The position numbers and the translations under genes were made by a program. Of a stretch of 64,000 nt of DNA, positions 52,601 through 64,000 are shown piece by piece; position 1 is the first letter of the stretch, and every line of letters begins with the position of its first letter. Location of the stretch: contig CM074514.1 in the NCBI GenBank assembly GCA_037379345.1, positions 6,014,001 to 6,078,000 on the forward strand. Direction: 5' to 3'. The DNA is from Perna viridis. Its lineage: Eukaryota. Below the pieces are notes generated by a model. The model saw only the letters and a program-made list of their open reading frames with translations. It was not told the origin of the DNA and did not search any database.

Positions 52601-55600
52601 CAGCACCATACCATTATACAACCTAATTTTTTTTGGGGTACTATAAAATAAAAAAAAAATGTTATTAAAACATTAAGAAGTTCACCTCAAACTTAAATCA
52701 ATAAAACTAAATTATTATATATAGATATCAGTGATTTACAGAATGCTCCCAGTGTAAAAATTTGTGAAACTCTCTGACTTTCTCCTGTCAAAACATCACA
52801 AAACATCACATGTATATCAATCCACAGTTTACTGAATTTGAATTTAATGTTGAAAATAGCAACAAAAAAGGGAGAAAACCCATGAAATATATAGGATAAT
52901 TAATTGGTTATTGGTTTCTTGTGCCAAGAACACATTAAAATTTAACTGGTATGAGGAAGAAATTCCACACACAAGTCAAATCGAGGCATTCTTCATGATC
53001 ATATTTTGGTTATTCACTCTTTCCAATTGATTATCCTATTATCATATCACTGTTATGACTGGATCAAATACTAACCCGTAGGCAGAGATAGTTAGAAACT
53101 CCAGGTTTGGCAGCAGCACTAACATATATTACAGGAGGTCTGGAATACAAGGCTTCAAATCCTTCTGTTGGATATTTGGGATATTTCTGATACATTGCTA
53201 ATCTACATATTTTTACCAATCCATCCTTCTCCTCTTCGTGGTAAACAACTGAGCAATCACCAAATCTGTTGATAGTATACACATGTGAAGAAGATTGAGA
53301 TATTCAATTTGATCAAACAACACTTTGATGACGTACAGTATTATTCTGTACATAATTTCATTTTTATAAGGGAAAATATACATCAAATATATACCATTTT
53401 AAAGCATGATACTTGTACATTCAAACATAAAGCAGATAACAATGTTAATGTCACTATAATGAATGTTTATTTAAAATCCGAAGAATTCTATGTCGAATTG
53501 ATCATCAGACTGGAGCAGGCCTATATACTGCTAATCAGTCAACAGTCTGTATCATTGAATGCCAGATTGTCATCGCTATCAGCTGATTTGTAGTTATAGT
53601 AAGTGTTGTTTTGACAGAGAACATCATCTTCTGTCTTTGAAATGCAACACTTCTTAAAAGGACTTTATGATGAAGCTGGGATCCAATGAAGTCCAGGCAT
53701 CAAAAATCCATTGGCAAATTGTAGGTAGAGTGGGTTTCCTGCAAAGTCCCAAGGGTGTGAAAGTGTGTGGTCCCTCTTAATTCCAGTTGTTCCAAAATCT
53801 AGTGGTTGCAGTACACTGGTTATCCCACTGGGTATAATGCCTAGTGCTGTATCTTGGTTTTTCATCATTTTCTTTGCTGTGTGGGACATCTGAAGGCATC
53901 TAAAACTTGAACTAATTGCTTGAGTGATTCAGATCAACATCTCCATATGATCTTTAACCAGACTATCGACAACTAATCGTCTATTCAGCCATAAGCTTGT
54001 ACACATATCACTTCACCAGTTGGAAAGTCATCATTGTCATTCTTTTGAAGATTACATAGGGTGGTAGCTTCCCTCCATCAGCTGTGAAGGGGAGCATGAC
54101 AGTAAATCTGTTTTTCTCATTGCCAGTAGTTGAGATGTTCACAGTCTTAGCATCCTTCTTGTTGATTGTGTTTGAGTATTGCAGTTTGAACATGATAGGC
54201 TTTGGTCTGCGTTACCTATCTGACGAAGTTAAAAGTTGTGGATTCAGCATTGTTTTATGATGAAATCTAGGAGTTAGTTCTTGTAGTCCTCTGGCAGCCA
54301 TTGTGAAATGTGAGTACATATGTGTATGGAAAGGTTAATGCTTCTACATAGGAAGGCATATGTCCTGTTCTCAGATGCTTTGAAGTGAATAATTTGGTGG
54401 TCATTGGTGATGGATCTTGGCCTTCAGTTGTAGATTAGTCGTAGATATAGCTACCACCTTGTGGTCTGACTATAGTACACCAATCAATAAGAATCTTTTC
54501 TAATTGCAGCCACTAAGTGGACTTTGCCCACTCTACTTTCTTCTGTTTAGGAATATTTAGCAGACAGTCTATCACAGTGAATTAACTATCTGAAACAGGG
54601 AATTTTCTGCTTGGTTGCCATTTGCTTCTGCAAAGGCTATCACCCTTTTCTTTTGAATGGTAAAAATGAATTAACAGTACTATTTTTATTACCTGTACAT
54701 TAATTGAACTACTTCACAAATAATTCATCAATTAAGAAAGCCTTTTATATTGCCTTAAATTAAAAATAATCAAAAGAATAATTTTACAAGGTGTAAGCTG
54801 TCATTATATAAGTCCCTAAGTCAAAGCTGTCATCAACTAAATAACAGGTATCAGTAATAAGCTTGGTGTCATTAAAGTTAATTGTCTGATATCTTCCATT
54901 TCGAAAACCAAGCGTGATCGACAGATTGACGGACAGACGGATGGACGGAGTGCAAACCTAAGCCCCCTTCGGCATTTGCCGAAAGGGGACAACAAACATA
55001 ATTAGAATATACAAAGTAATCAGATATGATCAACAAACATGACTAGAATATACATAGTAATCATATTTGATCAACAAACATGACTAGAATATACAAAGTA
55101 TTCAGATATGATCAACAAACATAGCTAGAATATACATAGTAATCAGATATGATCAACAAACATGACTAGAATATACAAAGTAATCAGATATGATCAACAA
55201 ACATGACAAGAATATACATAGTAATCAGATATGATCAACAAACATGACTAGAATATACAAAGTAATCAGATATGATCAACAAACATGACTAGAATATACA
55301 TAGTAATCAGATATGATCAACAAACATGACTAGAATATACAAAGTAATCAGATATGATCAACAAACATGACTAGAATATACAAAGTATTCAGATATGATC
55401 AACAAACATGACAAGAATATACATAGTAATCAGATATGATCAACAAACATGACTAGAATATACAAAGTAATCAGATATGATCAACAAACATGACTAGAAT
55501 ATACAAAGTAATAAGATATGAACAACAAACATTGATCAATATAAACTATGCAATTGATAAAAGAATAAGCTGAAAGGTACTTCATTATTAAATGAACATG

Positions 55601-58600
55601 AATTTGTGACAAACTTACCAAGTGAAATTTGTTCATTTCGGCCCTCACACACAACTGCAATTTTAGTAAATTTTCCTTGTGCCCAATACACCTAAACTAT
55701 ACTTTTTTTCTAAAATTTCCGAAGCCAAGAAGAGGTGCAAGGAATACATGCATGTGGGATATACACAGAAGAATATGGTAACTAGAGTAGTAGATTATTG
55801 TAAGTACAAATAGTGTGAAATCAATCTCACAAAAAAATTATCTCTGCTTTAATGGGACTTTAAACAAGTAAAACTTATGTTGGATTGTCTTTTCTTGTAG
55901 GAATCCAACAATTATCACCTTTTTTCATCAAAGTATGATGTATTATCTTCCTATAAAATTTTATTTGAAAAGACTGCATAATATTTTGCACTTGTATAAA
56001 AAAATATACCTCTTCTTTTTCAAAAAGAGGGGGAATAATTATTAAAAACTATACCTGAACAGTCTCGACAACCATAATTCACAATCTGATATGATCTTAG
56101 ATGTAAATTTCTTGAGATGTTCATCGTCGAGAGTAGATACATAAGCTGACAAACTGTGGGCTGTTAAAGCTACTTTAGCATGGGTGTCTAGTTCTTGTAA
56201 CCTACCAGTACTATAATGATACAGATTCTCAATTATATAGATAGTTAAAGTCTCCATCATTTCAACTGATGTTACATATTGTGATATAAATTTATGTTTG
56301 GTGTCAACACCTAATATTCAGTCAGGGATGTAACCTATTCCACTTATTTTTTAAGTAACTATTTTCAGTTTTGCAAAAATGTAGCTAATAACTTATATCA
56401 GTTATTACGAAAAATGTATGTAATTTTATCCCAAATTTCAAATACAAGATTAATTTTCTTTCAGATGTTTAGATACTTACTAAGTTGATAGACATCTTTA
56501 GTCTAGAATAAATTAATTACAATTGGTGTCTATAGTGGATTATTGTGCCCATGTTCACATTATAACAACACCCATGGGATATTGAATTGAAATTATCTGT
56601 TCCAGACTTTTGAAGCACTTCATTAGGCCTTTACAATGACCTAATTTTAGAAGAAAAAAAAATGAATCAGGTATCATGGGTTTTCTCCTTTTTGTTAAAA
56701 TTAGGAGTTTATCAAATTTTCAAGGGCGAGAACTCTAGCTGCAAAATAACTGTTTCCATTTATCAAATATCAAAATATGTAACTGAATAAAATTAATCTG
56801 TAAAATAACTTCTACAGCTTACACCCCTGACTTAGTATTTGACGAAACTTCAGAATATGACTGGATAGAAATTTTGCATATAGAATATACAATTTTTTTT
56901 TTTACAAATATCACTTCTTTGCAAGAAATACCATCACAAAGAAAGACAATTCAATAAAAGCTAAAGCTTCAATCGAAAACTACGTTGGTTTATTCTTCTA
57001 AAAACTGCCAAGAAATAAATGGCATTTTGTTCCTGGATTTGATCAAAAACTTTTTGCACTTCTTTGAAAAGAAAAATAATTATTGATATTGATTGAAATA
57101 AATCTGTATTCGGAATATTAAAATATTTTTCCCTGCCTACTAACCCACTAAATTGGAGAGTTGGGAAAGGGAACACAATACATAAGACCATACCATTTAT
57201 ATTTATCTGAGGGGACAAAAAAATGGAGGCAATACCATTTATGTTTATCTGTTTCAGATCCTTCCTCTTCCTGAACATCTTCAATGCTTCCAAACAAAAT
57301 CAAATCTTCAACTTGCTTCATGATTTCAACCATATCTTGTCCACTGTTCAAAATAAAAAGTAAAGAAATAAATCATATGTCTGGTAATGAACTAGACTAC
57401 AGAAATAATCACAGAAACTGAATCACTTGTCTGGTAATGAACTAGACTACAGAATATCACAGAAACTGAATCACATGTCTGGTAATGAACTAGACTACAG
57501 AAATAATCACAGAAACTGAATCACATTCTGGTAATGAACTAGACTACAGAAATAATCACAGAAACTGAATCACATTCTGGTAATGAACTAGACTACAGAA
57601 ATATCACAGAAACTGAATCACATGTCTGGTAATGAACTAGACTACAGAAATAATCACAGAAACTGAATCACATTCTGATAATGGACTTGACTACAGAAAT
57701 AATCACAGAAACTGAATCACATTCTGGTACAGAACTAGACTACAGAAATAATCACAGAAACTGAATCACATTCTGGTAATGGACTTGACTACAGAAATAA
57801 TCACAGAAACTGAATCACATGTCTGGTAATGAACTAGACTACAAAAATATTCACAGAAACTGAATCACATTCTGGTAATGGACTTGACTACAGAAATAAT
57901 CACAGAAACTGAATCACATGTCTGGTAATGAACTAGACTACAAAAATATTCACAGAAACTGAATCACATTCTGGTAATGGACTTGACTACAGAAATAATC
58001 ACAGAAACTGAATCACATGTCTGGTAATGAACTAGACTACAGAAATAATCACAGAAACTGAATCACATTCTGGTAATGAACTAGACTACAGAAATAATCA
58101 CAGAAACTGAATCACATGTCTGGTAATGATCTAGACTACAGAAATATCATAGAAACTGAAACACATGTCTGGTAATGGACTTGACTACAGAAATAATCAC
58201 AGAAACTGAATCACTTGTCTGGTAATGAACTAGACTATAGAAATAATCACAGAAACTGAACCACATGTCTGGTAATGAACTAGACTACAGAAATAATCAC
58301 AGAAACTGAATCACATTCTGGTAATGAACTAGACTACAGAAATAATCACAGAAACTGAATCACATGTCTGGTAATGATTTAGACTACAGAAATATCATAG
58401 AAACTGAAACACATGTCTGGTAATGGACTTGACTACAGAAATAATAACAGAAACTGAATCACTTGTCTGGTAATGAACTAGACTATAGAAATAATCACAG
58501 AAACTGAACCACATGTCTGGTAATGAACTAGACTACATAAATAATCACAGAAACTAAATCAAATGTCTGGTAATGAACTACTTAACAGAAATAATTATAG

Positions 58601-60177
58601 AAACGGACACAGGTTAAAAGACATTAAAAATGCCATCATTGACCACAATATAGCAGCTTAATATCTTACCCCCCCTTCAATGCCTGGGGTATGTGCTCTG
58701 TCTGTCTGTCTTTAATTCTTTGTTTTCTCTCATCTTCCATGTTTCTGAAAAAAAGGACAATGGGATAATTCACACATTGATCACTTAATTTGTATAGATA
58801 TTCTGGTCCAGAAATAAAAATGAGAATCAGAATGTGAAAAAGCTGAGACAATACTAAGTTAACATTTAATTTAACTACATTTTGTGTACTTCTTAAAATT
58901 GTGTCATAACTTCAACTTTTAACCATTTTATTCCAATGGATCAGAGACTAGTCAAGTACAGAATTTCTTACCTCAAATTTCCAAATAAAATATTTTCGTT
59001 AATTTTTCCTTATCAAACAGAATAAATTTCATTCTTTGCTTTAGTTTCATTCATATTTGACAGTCAAACAATATACATGTAGTTTCAAGCTCATTTAAGT
59101 TATTTTTATTACAGAGAAAACTTTTTTAAAATAATATACAAGATCTTACTGTGTGCCCCATTGCATAGTTAATATATAGACGAGAAACTAAAATGGCAGA
59201 TCGTAAACAATTCGTTGTAAATGGAACTGCAGAAAACAGTCTCATTTACTTGGAACTTAGAAATTAAACTACATATTAAGAATGTTTAGTAATGTTTTCT
59301 ATGTTTTATGACAGAAGTTTTATCATTTAGCATGTTTAACATGTCAGTTTTCCCTAGAATTTGCCAAACAATTTTCAGTCCCCAAATAGATGAGTGTAAG
59401 TTCATAAGAACTCGCCAAAGCCACCTCTGCTTGCATTTAATGAGTTGGAAAGTGATGGTTTTCCACACTACAATTCATTATTCTATATAATTATAAAACT
59501 TCCTTCAGTTTTTATCCTTTTATATATACTGTTAAACACTGGTTGTTGACATGTTTCAGGTTTCAGTTATCTTTCCTTGGATCTGATTTCCAAATAAAGT
59601 GAATTCATATTCATTTATAAATCAGTGGAGTTCTCAAAAAACATCATCATCATACCCCAGTTTTACACAATGAATAAAAGGGCTATTTAAATGTTGATAG
59701 ATATAAGTCAAGTTGTACATTTTTGAACTTGTATCTCATCAGTATTTCCTCTATACCTGGCTATTCAAATGTATTGAGGTTGATGCACTTGTTTCTTCTA
59801 TGATATTTATTGACAGTACTTTCTAATGACTTCATGTACTATTTACTTGGTCACCAGAAATTAATGCTTACCATCTACTGTGAAAGTTCTTTAATCATGG
59901 ATACCAATTTTCATGGATTAGGGAAGAAACATAAGTTCGCAGATTTTTTAATCCTTAGTTTTGTGGTTTTCAGTATACACATCAATGGAAATCTCCTTTT
60001 CCTTGGGAACCAATTTCGTGGTTTGGCCTACCCACTAAATCCACGAAGATTGATACCCCACGAACAATAGTACTATCACAGTATTATATTTGACACTTAC
60101 TTTGCTAGCTTGTCTAAAATTTCTGTATTTGCCTGGACATGTTTTTCTAAATCTTTCATCATAGGGTCCATGAACAT
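34646..60177 (-). CDS. PDXDC1: Pyridoxal-dependent decarboxylase domain-containing protein 1
   Basis: 24 phase-consistent exons, 2400 nt (799 aa + TGA): 60177-60101, 58744-58670, 57343-57236, 56210-56055, 53265-53076, 49645-49577, 49239-49161, 48781-48697, 48268-48148, 47891-47736, 47354-47304, 45996-45925, 45643-45580, 44745-44648, 43261-43156, 42737-42679, 42433-42321, 41018-40894, 39785-39667, 38972-38880, 38007-37908, 36813-36611, 35784-35726, 34667-34646. Family motifs: LWLSRLFR, AGTPLTGQVD, WLHVEG, LPLWICLQSLG, WAGLGVV, GVLRQVPLVGSLLNWWSP, GRTFNL, STESTYKYH. The true start may be in a further upstream exon. Confidence 0.9.
34846..35065 (+). mobile_element. Dispersed repeat, Penelope-like terminal region
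   Basis: Same family as 16322-16600. Confidence 0.75.
36271..36655 (-). repeat. 50-bp tandem repeat of PDXDC1 exon 22 end plus GTAAG
   Basis: Donor-like sites at 36610, 36560, 36510, 36475, 36425, 36375, 36325, 36275. Confidence 0.93.
39777..40210 (-). repeat. 78/79-bp tandem repeat containing the PDXDC1 exon 19 acceptor
   Basis: 6 copies of ...ctttgttatag|GTCGGTTAGA. Confidence 0.93.
40495..40850. repeat. 33-bp minisatellite
   Basis: tactttgtctgcagtgagagggtaattacccaa, about 11 copies. Confidence 0.93.
43813..44029. mobile_element. TIR element with an apparent 5-bp TSD, nested in older repeat DNA
   Basis: Perfect 15-bp TIR CAGTGTTCTAGGATT...AATCCTAGAACACTG flanked by ATTTT. Confidence 0.75.
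45081..45539. mobile_element. hAT-type MITE
   Basis: TIR CAAGGGTTCGGAAA...TTTGCGGACCCTTG with a perfect 8-bp TSD ATTCAGAC. Confidence 0.85.
46575..47230 (+). mobile_element. Dispersed repeat with internal tandem cores (Helentron/HINE-like); homolog at 51820-52640
   Basis: Shared gggtgcagcttgataca...gttgaaccc...cacaattcaagctt start and aatcaatccc..cttcc...gtggtacaattt cores. Confidence 0.55.
47892..48147 (-). other. U12-type (minor spliceosome) GT-AG intron in PDXDC1
   Basis: 5' site GTATCCTTT; branch site TTCCTTAAC (47909-47901) followed by only tttttaaAG. Confidence 0.88.
50204..51285 (+). mobile_element. Internally deleted pogo/Tigger-like DNA transposon
   Basis: TIR CCGTATAGCGG...CCGCTATACGG, TA TSD, subterminal CGCGAAAAT repeats; DDE C-terminal fragment VPACCTDRLQPMDVSVQKAVK (50604-50972). 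Confidence 0.9.
53580..54700 (-). pseudogene. Degraded pogo-family (POGK-like) transposase
   Basis: TTGNEKNRFTVML..TADGGKLPPYVIFKR, IPSGITSVLQPLD and FKKCCIS spread over several frames with stops. Confidence 0.85.
54880..54995 (+). mobile_element. HINE/DINE-like 3' end
   Basis: GACGG/GACAG microsatellite followed by the hairpin CCCCTTCGGCATTTGCCGAAAGGGG and an A-rich end; similar ends at about 41970-42025 and 14895-14955. Confidence 0.55.
55000..55530. repeat. 41-bp minisatellite, about 13 copies
   Basis: gaatatacaaagtaatcagatatgatcaacaaacatgacta. Confidence 0.95.
56323..56829. mobile_element. hAT-like MITE
   Basis: CAGGGATGTAA...TTACACCCCTG termini; TSD imperfect. Confidence 0.55.
57365..58605. 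repeat. 48-50-bp minisatellite, about 25 copies, filling the intron between PDXDC1 coding exons 2 and 3
   Basis: gaatcacatgtctggtaatgaactagactacagaaataatcacagaaact. Confidence 0.95.
59878..60081. mobile_element. Tc1/mariner-type MITE
   Basis: TA-CTGTGA...TCACAG-TA termini with internal ttcgtgg/ccacgaa inverted motifs. Confidence 0.7.
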
Positions 60178-60309
60178 CTGAATCATAGAATAAAAATATT
60201 ACAGCATACTATGAAACATTTTGTTCCCAAAAGATTTTTTATCATAATAAACAAAGTATTTGTGCTAGAAATGTATAAAATACTGTAACATTGACTTTTT
60301 CTCAACATG

Positions 60310-60590
60310 TCATAGTTTTCCTTACCTCTTTCGTCTACCTGGACTTTTTATAAGCAACTCTATGGGCATTTCTAGAAAAACAGACGACGTTTACTCTACC
60401 AGTGTAACTGGTCCATGTTCCCAGTTTTTAGTGGAGTCTGAGTTGCTCATTTACTTTTGTTACTTCGTATGTATTATTTTGGTTATTTTATGTTCTTTGT
60501 TGTGTGTCTGTTTTCCATGTCTGGTCTTTGACCCCTGGCTTACATTCCTTTGATTTCCATTAGAATCTTGGTTCCCTTAATTACTCTTTG
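60310..60590 (+). mobile_element. Dispersed repeat, Penelope-like terminal region
   Basis: Same family as 16322-16600. Confidence 0.75.
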
Positions 60591-61329
60591 TTAACTTGAT
60601 GTTGTTAATGGGCTCATATCACAAATTATAAATGATCTATGAGAAGTAACTAACAGCTATGATCTTCATAGAAGTGGCTAATAAGATGCAGTCACTTCTA
60701 CAAAACAAACGCTTTTTAGAATTCTTTTATAAACACATTCATACTTAATAATGGGAGTAGATGTATATTTGACACAAGATTCAAGCAGTAAATTATTTTT
60801 GATTTACAGCATTGCATGTAAATATCTTAGTAAAAAACAGAACTACAGTGAATGACATATTACAGTCAGTGTGATGGACTAAGATTCCTAGTGGCACTTC
60901 GTCAACAGTTGACATTGTCCATACTGAGTTTGAGTAGGTACTTTTTTTCTCAATTGGTGAATCTAACCACAATATTTATCTTATGTGGGCTACTGTACAT
61001 TTTTTGTAAGTCAACTACTACAGTATAACACCCAGTGTTATAACATCTGTAAATTAGGATATTTTGGTGTCAGATTATTTTGGCGGTTAATTTTCTGTCA
61101 AAATATGCATGTTTAAGTATTGTGTTTAATTTTGATGCATTCAGAGTGTAACACATGAAAGTGTATAATTTTGGAATTTTCTAACAGTAGAAATGATAAC
61201 CCCTCAAGATTCTAGAGGGAATCTAACCAGCAGGTTGTTTTACATGGTAAAAATTGAATAGAGTCAAAATGCTAATATTTAATTGAAAGTTTGTAGGAGG
61301 AAATGCCAAGTAAATAGCTTCTTAATATG

Positions 61330-62150
61330 TTTTTAAAAATTTGTCAGTTTTAGGAATTTCTTACTGTTGTTGGAAGATTGTTCCACAGAGTTGGAACAGA
61401 GTAACTAAAATATCTTTTGTAGATTTGAGTTTACGTTCTAGAAATAGATAAGTTACTTCTGAATGTGTTTTGTAATGAGCAAGAGTTATCATTAGATATA
61501 TACTTTATCTTATTTGAGAGATACGATGGAGATTCATTTCTTATACTTAAAAAAAAGGACACATTTGACAATGTGACATACAAATGTATCATCCTATTTT
61601 CAACTGTCAACCATTTCAATTGTTCGAACAAGGGTACAGATGTAGCAAGTAAATCTGTACCAAGGATTGGTCATGCAGCTCTTTTTTTGTGGTTGAATAT
61701 TGCAATTCAGATTTTCTTGACTACAGTTTCCCCAAATGATTACAAAAATAATCAATTAGAGGTAAAATATAGGCTGAATAAAAAGGATTCCTTGAATCAA
61801 GATTTAAAAATTTCTTTATCTTTGATAGTAGATAAATAAGACTGGATATTTTTAGACATCCATCTTCCATCTGCTTTCACCAGCATAATTGAGGATTTAT
61901 CCTATCCTCCCTCCTAGTAACTTCTCACAATTGGATATTTGAATAATATTAGAGTTTATTGAAAATGATTGAACATCACTTTGTGACAAAAGTTTCTGTC
62001 CGGTTCCAATTAACATACACTTTGTTTTAGAACATTTCTCTATTTCTACTAGGTTTTGTTGTAGATATGGTTTTAGTTTGATTATACCTTTTCCAGATAA
62101 ATGAATTGTTGAATCATCTGTATAAAAATCAGTATTACATTTTTTTATGT
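61330..62150 (-). mobile_element. Degraded LINE (CR1/L2-like) fragment
   Basis: QKRAA*PIL and FEQLKWLTVENR, motifs typical of the region after the RT domain in CR1/L2 ORF2. Confidence 0.6.
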
Positions 62151-63710
62151 GAAGTTGAAGTTCATTGATGTTTAAAATAAACTAGAGGATATAGAGAGCA
62201 TGAAATGCCCACCTGGTCAAAAATATTCTTTATAGCTTTCTAAAGCTGGGCTCTTGACCTTACCGTACTATTGTCACAAGAAACATTTACTCAATACAGA
62301 GCATATTAGTTATCTACCTGGTTTTAATATTATAAAATAAATCTCTTTCAGCTAGGTGAGCTAACAAAAGGGGACCAAGAATGGGGAGATTTTGACTCAA
62401 TCATGGGAATAACAATAAATGACATTGAATGTAAATTCCTATGAGATCAAAGACAATTGTGAGTTCTGTTCAAGATCTAACCAATTTTGATGATTATACA
62501 TTGTACATGTCTATACATTATATACAGTAATACTATAAGTGTTTTAATGTCTTCTTATACATTTTTCTTAAGTAACTATCTTTGTAAGAATCATGCAAAA
62601 ATAGTAAAATGTGATACACCACAAAAGAGGCTACATATTTTTATTTTTGTAATTAAGTTGTTTCATGGGTCTATACTATACTATGTGTAATTATTCATTC
62701 AAATCTGCCTGCTCTTAGGAGATAATCAACATTGAAAATCCAATACATTCTATTGTATTTGGGTGTCATTTACAGAGTTTTCTCCCTTAATTTTGAAATC
62801 TACAGTGCATTCTATATAATTTTTATCTCCTAAGAACACAGGTTATATGAAAAACTGAATGTTAATTTCTGTTTACTATGGCAATTCAAACAAAATATCA
62901 AAAATAAAAATATGTAGGCTTTTTACCCATTAATCACATTTGGCATGATTCTTAGCTAGAGTGCTGCTTAAATTAAAACCAGAACAGGCATTTTCAACAA
63001 TGGTATGCCTTTTTCCAGATTTGTATGCCCCAGGCACTTTCTCCTTCCTAGGCACTCATGGAAACTTTTAGTAAGTGGCCCCTCGTCCACGCATTCGTGG
63101 ATGGGGAGCCTCTTCAGGCTAATCGTCCACACAATCAGTTTGCTTCATGAACATACATAATTTTGATGGATACAAATGATTTCGTAAAAAAGTATTATCA
63201 AATTTATCTGCAAATGTATGACTATTAAAGTGTTTGCGAACTGTGATCACATTTAATAAACATGACAGTTTTTTATTTCTGTTATATAGTAGTCAGGCTG
63301 CATATTCGATAGTGGGAGCAAGCCAATGAGCTTGAAAATGGATGGATTTTATGTTGGTCAGACACAGAACAAGTAACAGAAGTTAAGATGTTTGTTGTCA
63401 GTCGATGCATCGTCTTTACCAGATGTTTTAAAAATTTGTAATAAAATCATGGACGAAAATGTGAATAGTGAATATCTCACGTTAAAAAAAGTACTTCAGT
63501 GCTGACACATGGGATGTTGTTAAAATTTTAGTTTCTTCAAAGAAGGACCAGTGTGAATGGACATGTTTCACATGTAAGGTGAATTAATGCCGGTATTAGT
63601 TCTGGATCATTTTTAATCGATATCTATACATGTGAACCTACCAGCAGTAGTTCAATTTGTACCGGAATTAAAACCTCCCTACTGTTCTACCGTTGAAATA
63701 GAAAATCTAC

Positions 63711-63830
63711 CGCTTTCCAAACGTTATACCGTAAAAAAATTTTGGACACCATTTTTTTTATTTACTGAATGAAAAAACCTGAGAGGATTGAATAATGATA
63801 CTTCCGGCTGATCTCGGGTAGACAGGTGAA
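63711..63830 (-). promoter_or_regulatory. Possible PDXDC1 promoter or first exon
   Basis: Local CpG enrichment, ETS-like CCGGAAGT at about 63801-63808, and AAAAAAATG at 63752 opening MVSKIFLRYNVWKA with a phase-0 GTAGAT donor at 63710. Not otherwise supported. Confidence 0.25.
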
Positions 63831-64000
63831 CATGTTAATTACCGTTAATTAGAGTCATAAACAGTAATTTAGAGCTTTAGTGGTTATCAACGAGACCTAA
63901 TTTAAAAGATGTGTGATGATTGTAAAACAATAGGAGATGATTGACAATTATCCAATGTTGTAGTGGCACACACTTAATTGATTAAATGATTTATTACTGA

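Overview
AT-rich, intron-rich metazoan DNA. The repeat and gene style is consistent with a bivalve mollusc, but that is an inference. I reconstructed two minus-strand multi-exon genes by hand, with consistent reading phase at every junction. (1) A secreted mosaic protein (signal peptide-SRCR-C-type lectin-kringle-LDLa-PAN-LDLa-SRCR-LDLa-SRCR-SRCR...), Tequila/GRAAL-like. It has 20 exons from 29107 down to 293 and continues off the left edge. (2) A PDXDC1 ortholog with 24 coding exons (60177-34646, 799 aa). The introns hold many minisatellites, MITEs (Harbinger-, hAT- and pogo-like), pogo transposase relics, Penelope-like and LINE fragments. The most striking structure is that six separate tandem arrays or duplications have repeat units that span an exon-intron junction (exon end plus donor, or acceptor plus exon start). 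They produce ladders of 2 to about 100 duplicated splice sites, many with the GT or AG inactivated. The window also contains a U12-type intron, a GC-AG intron, and a PDXDC1 that keeps the PLP-binding lysine position.
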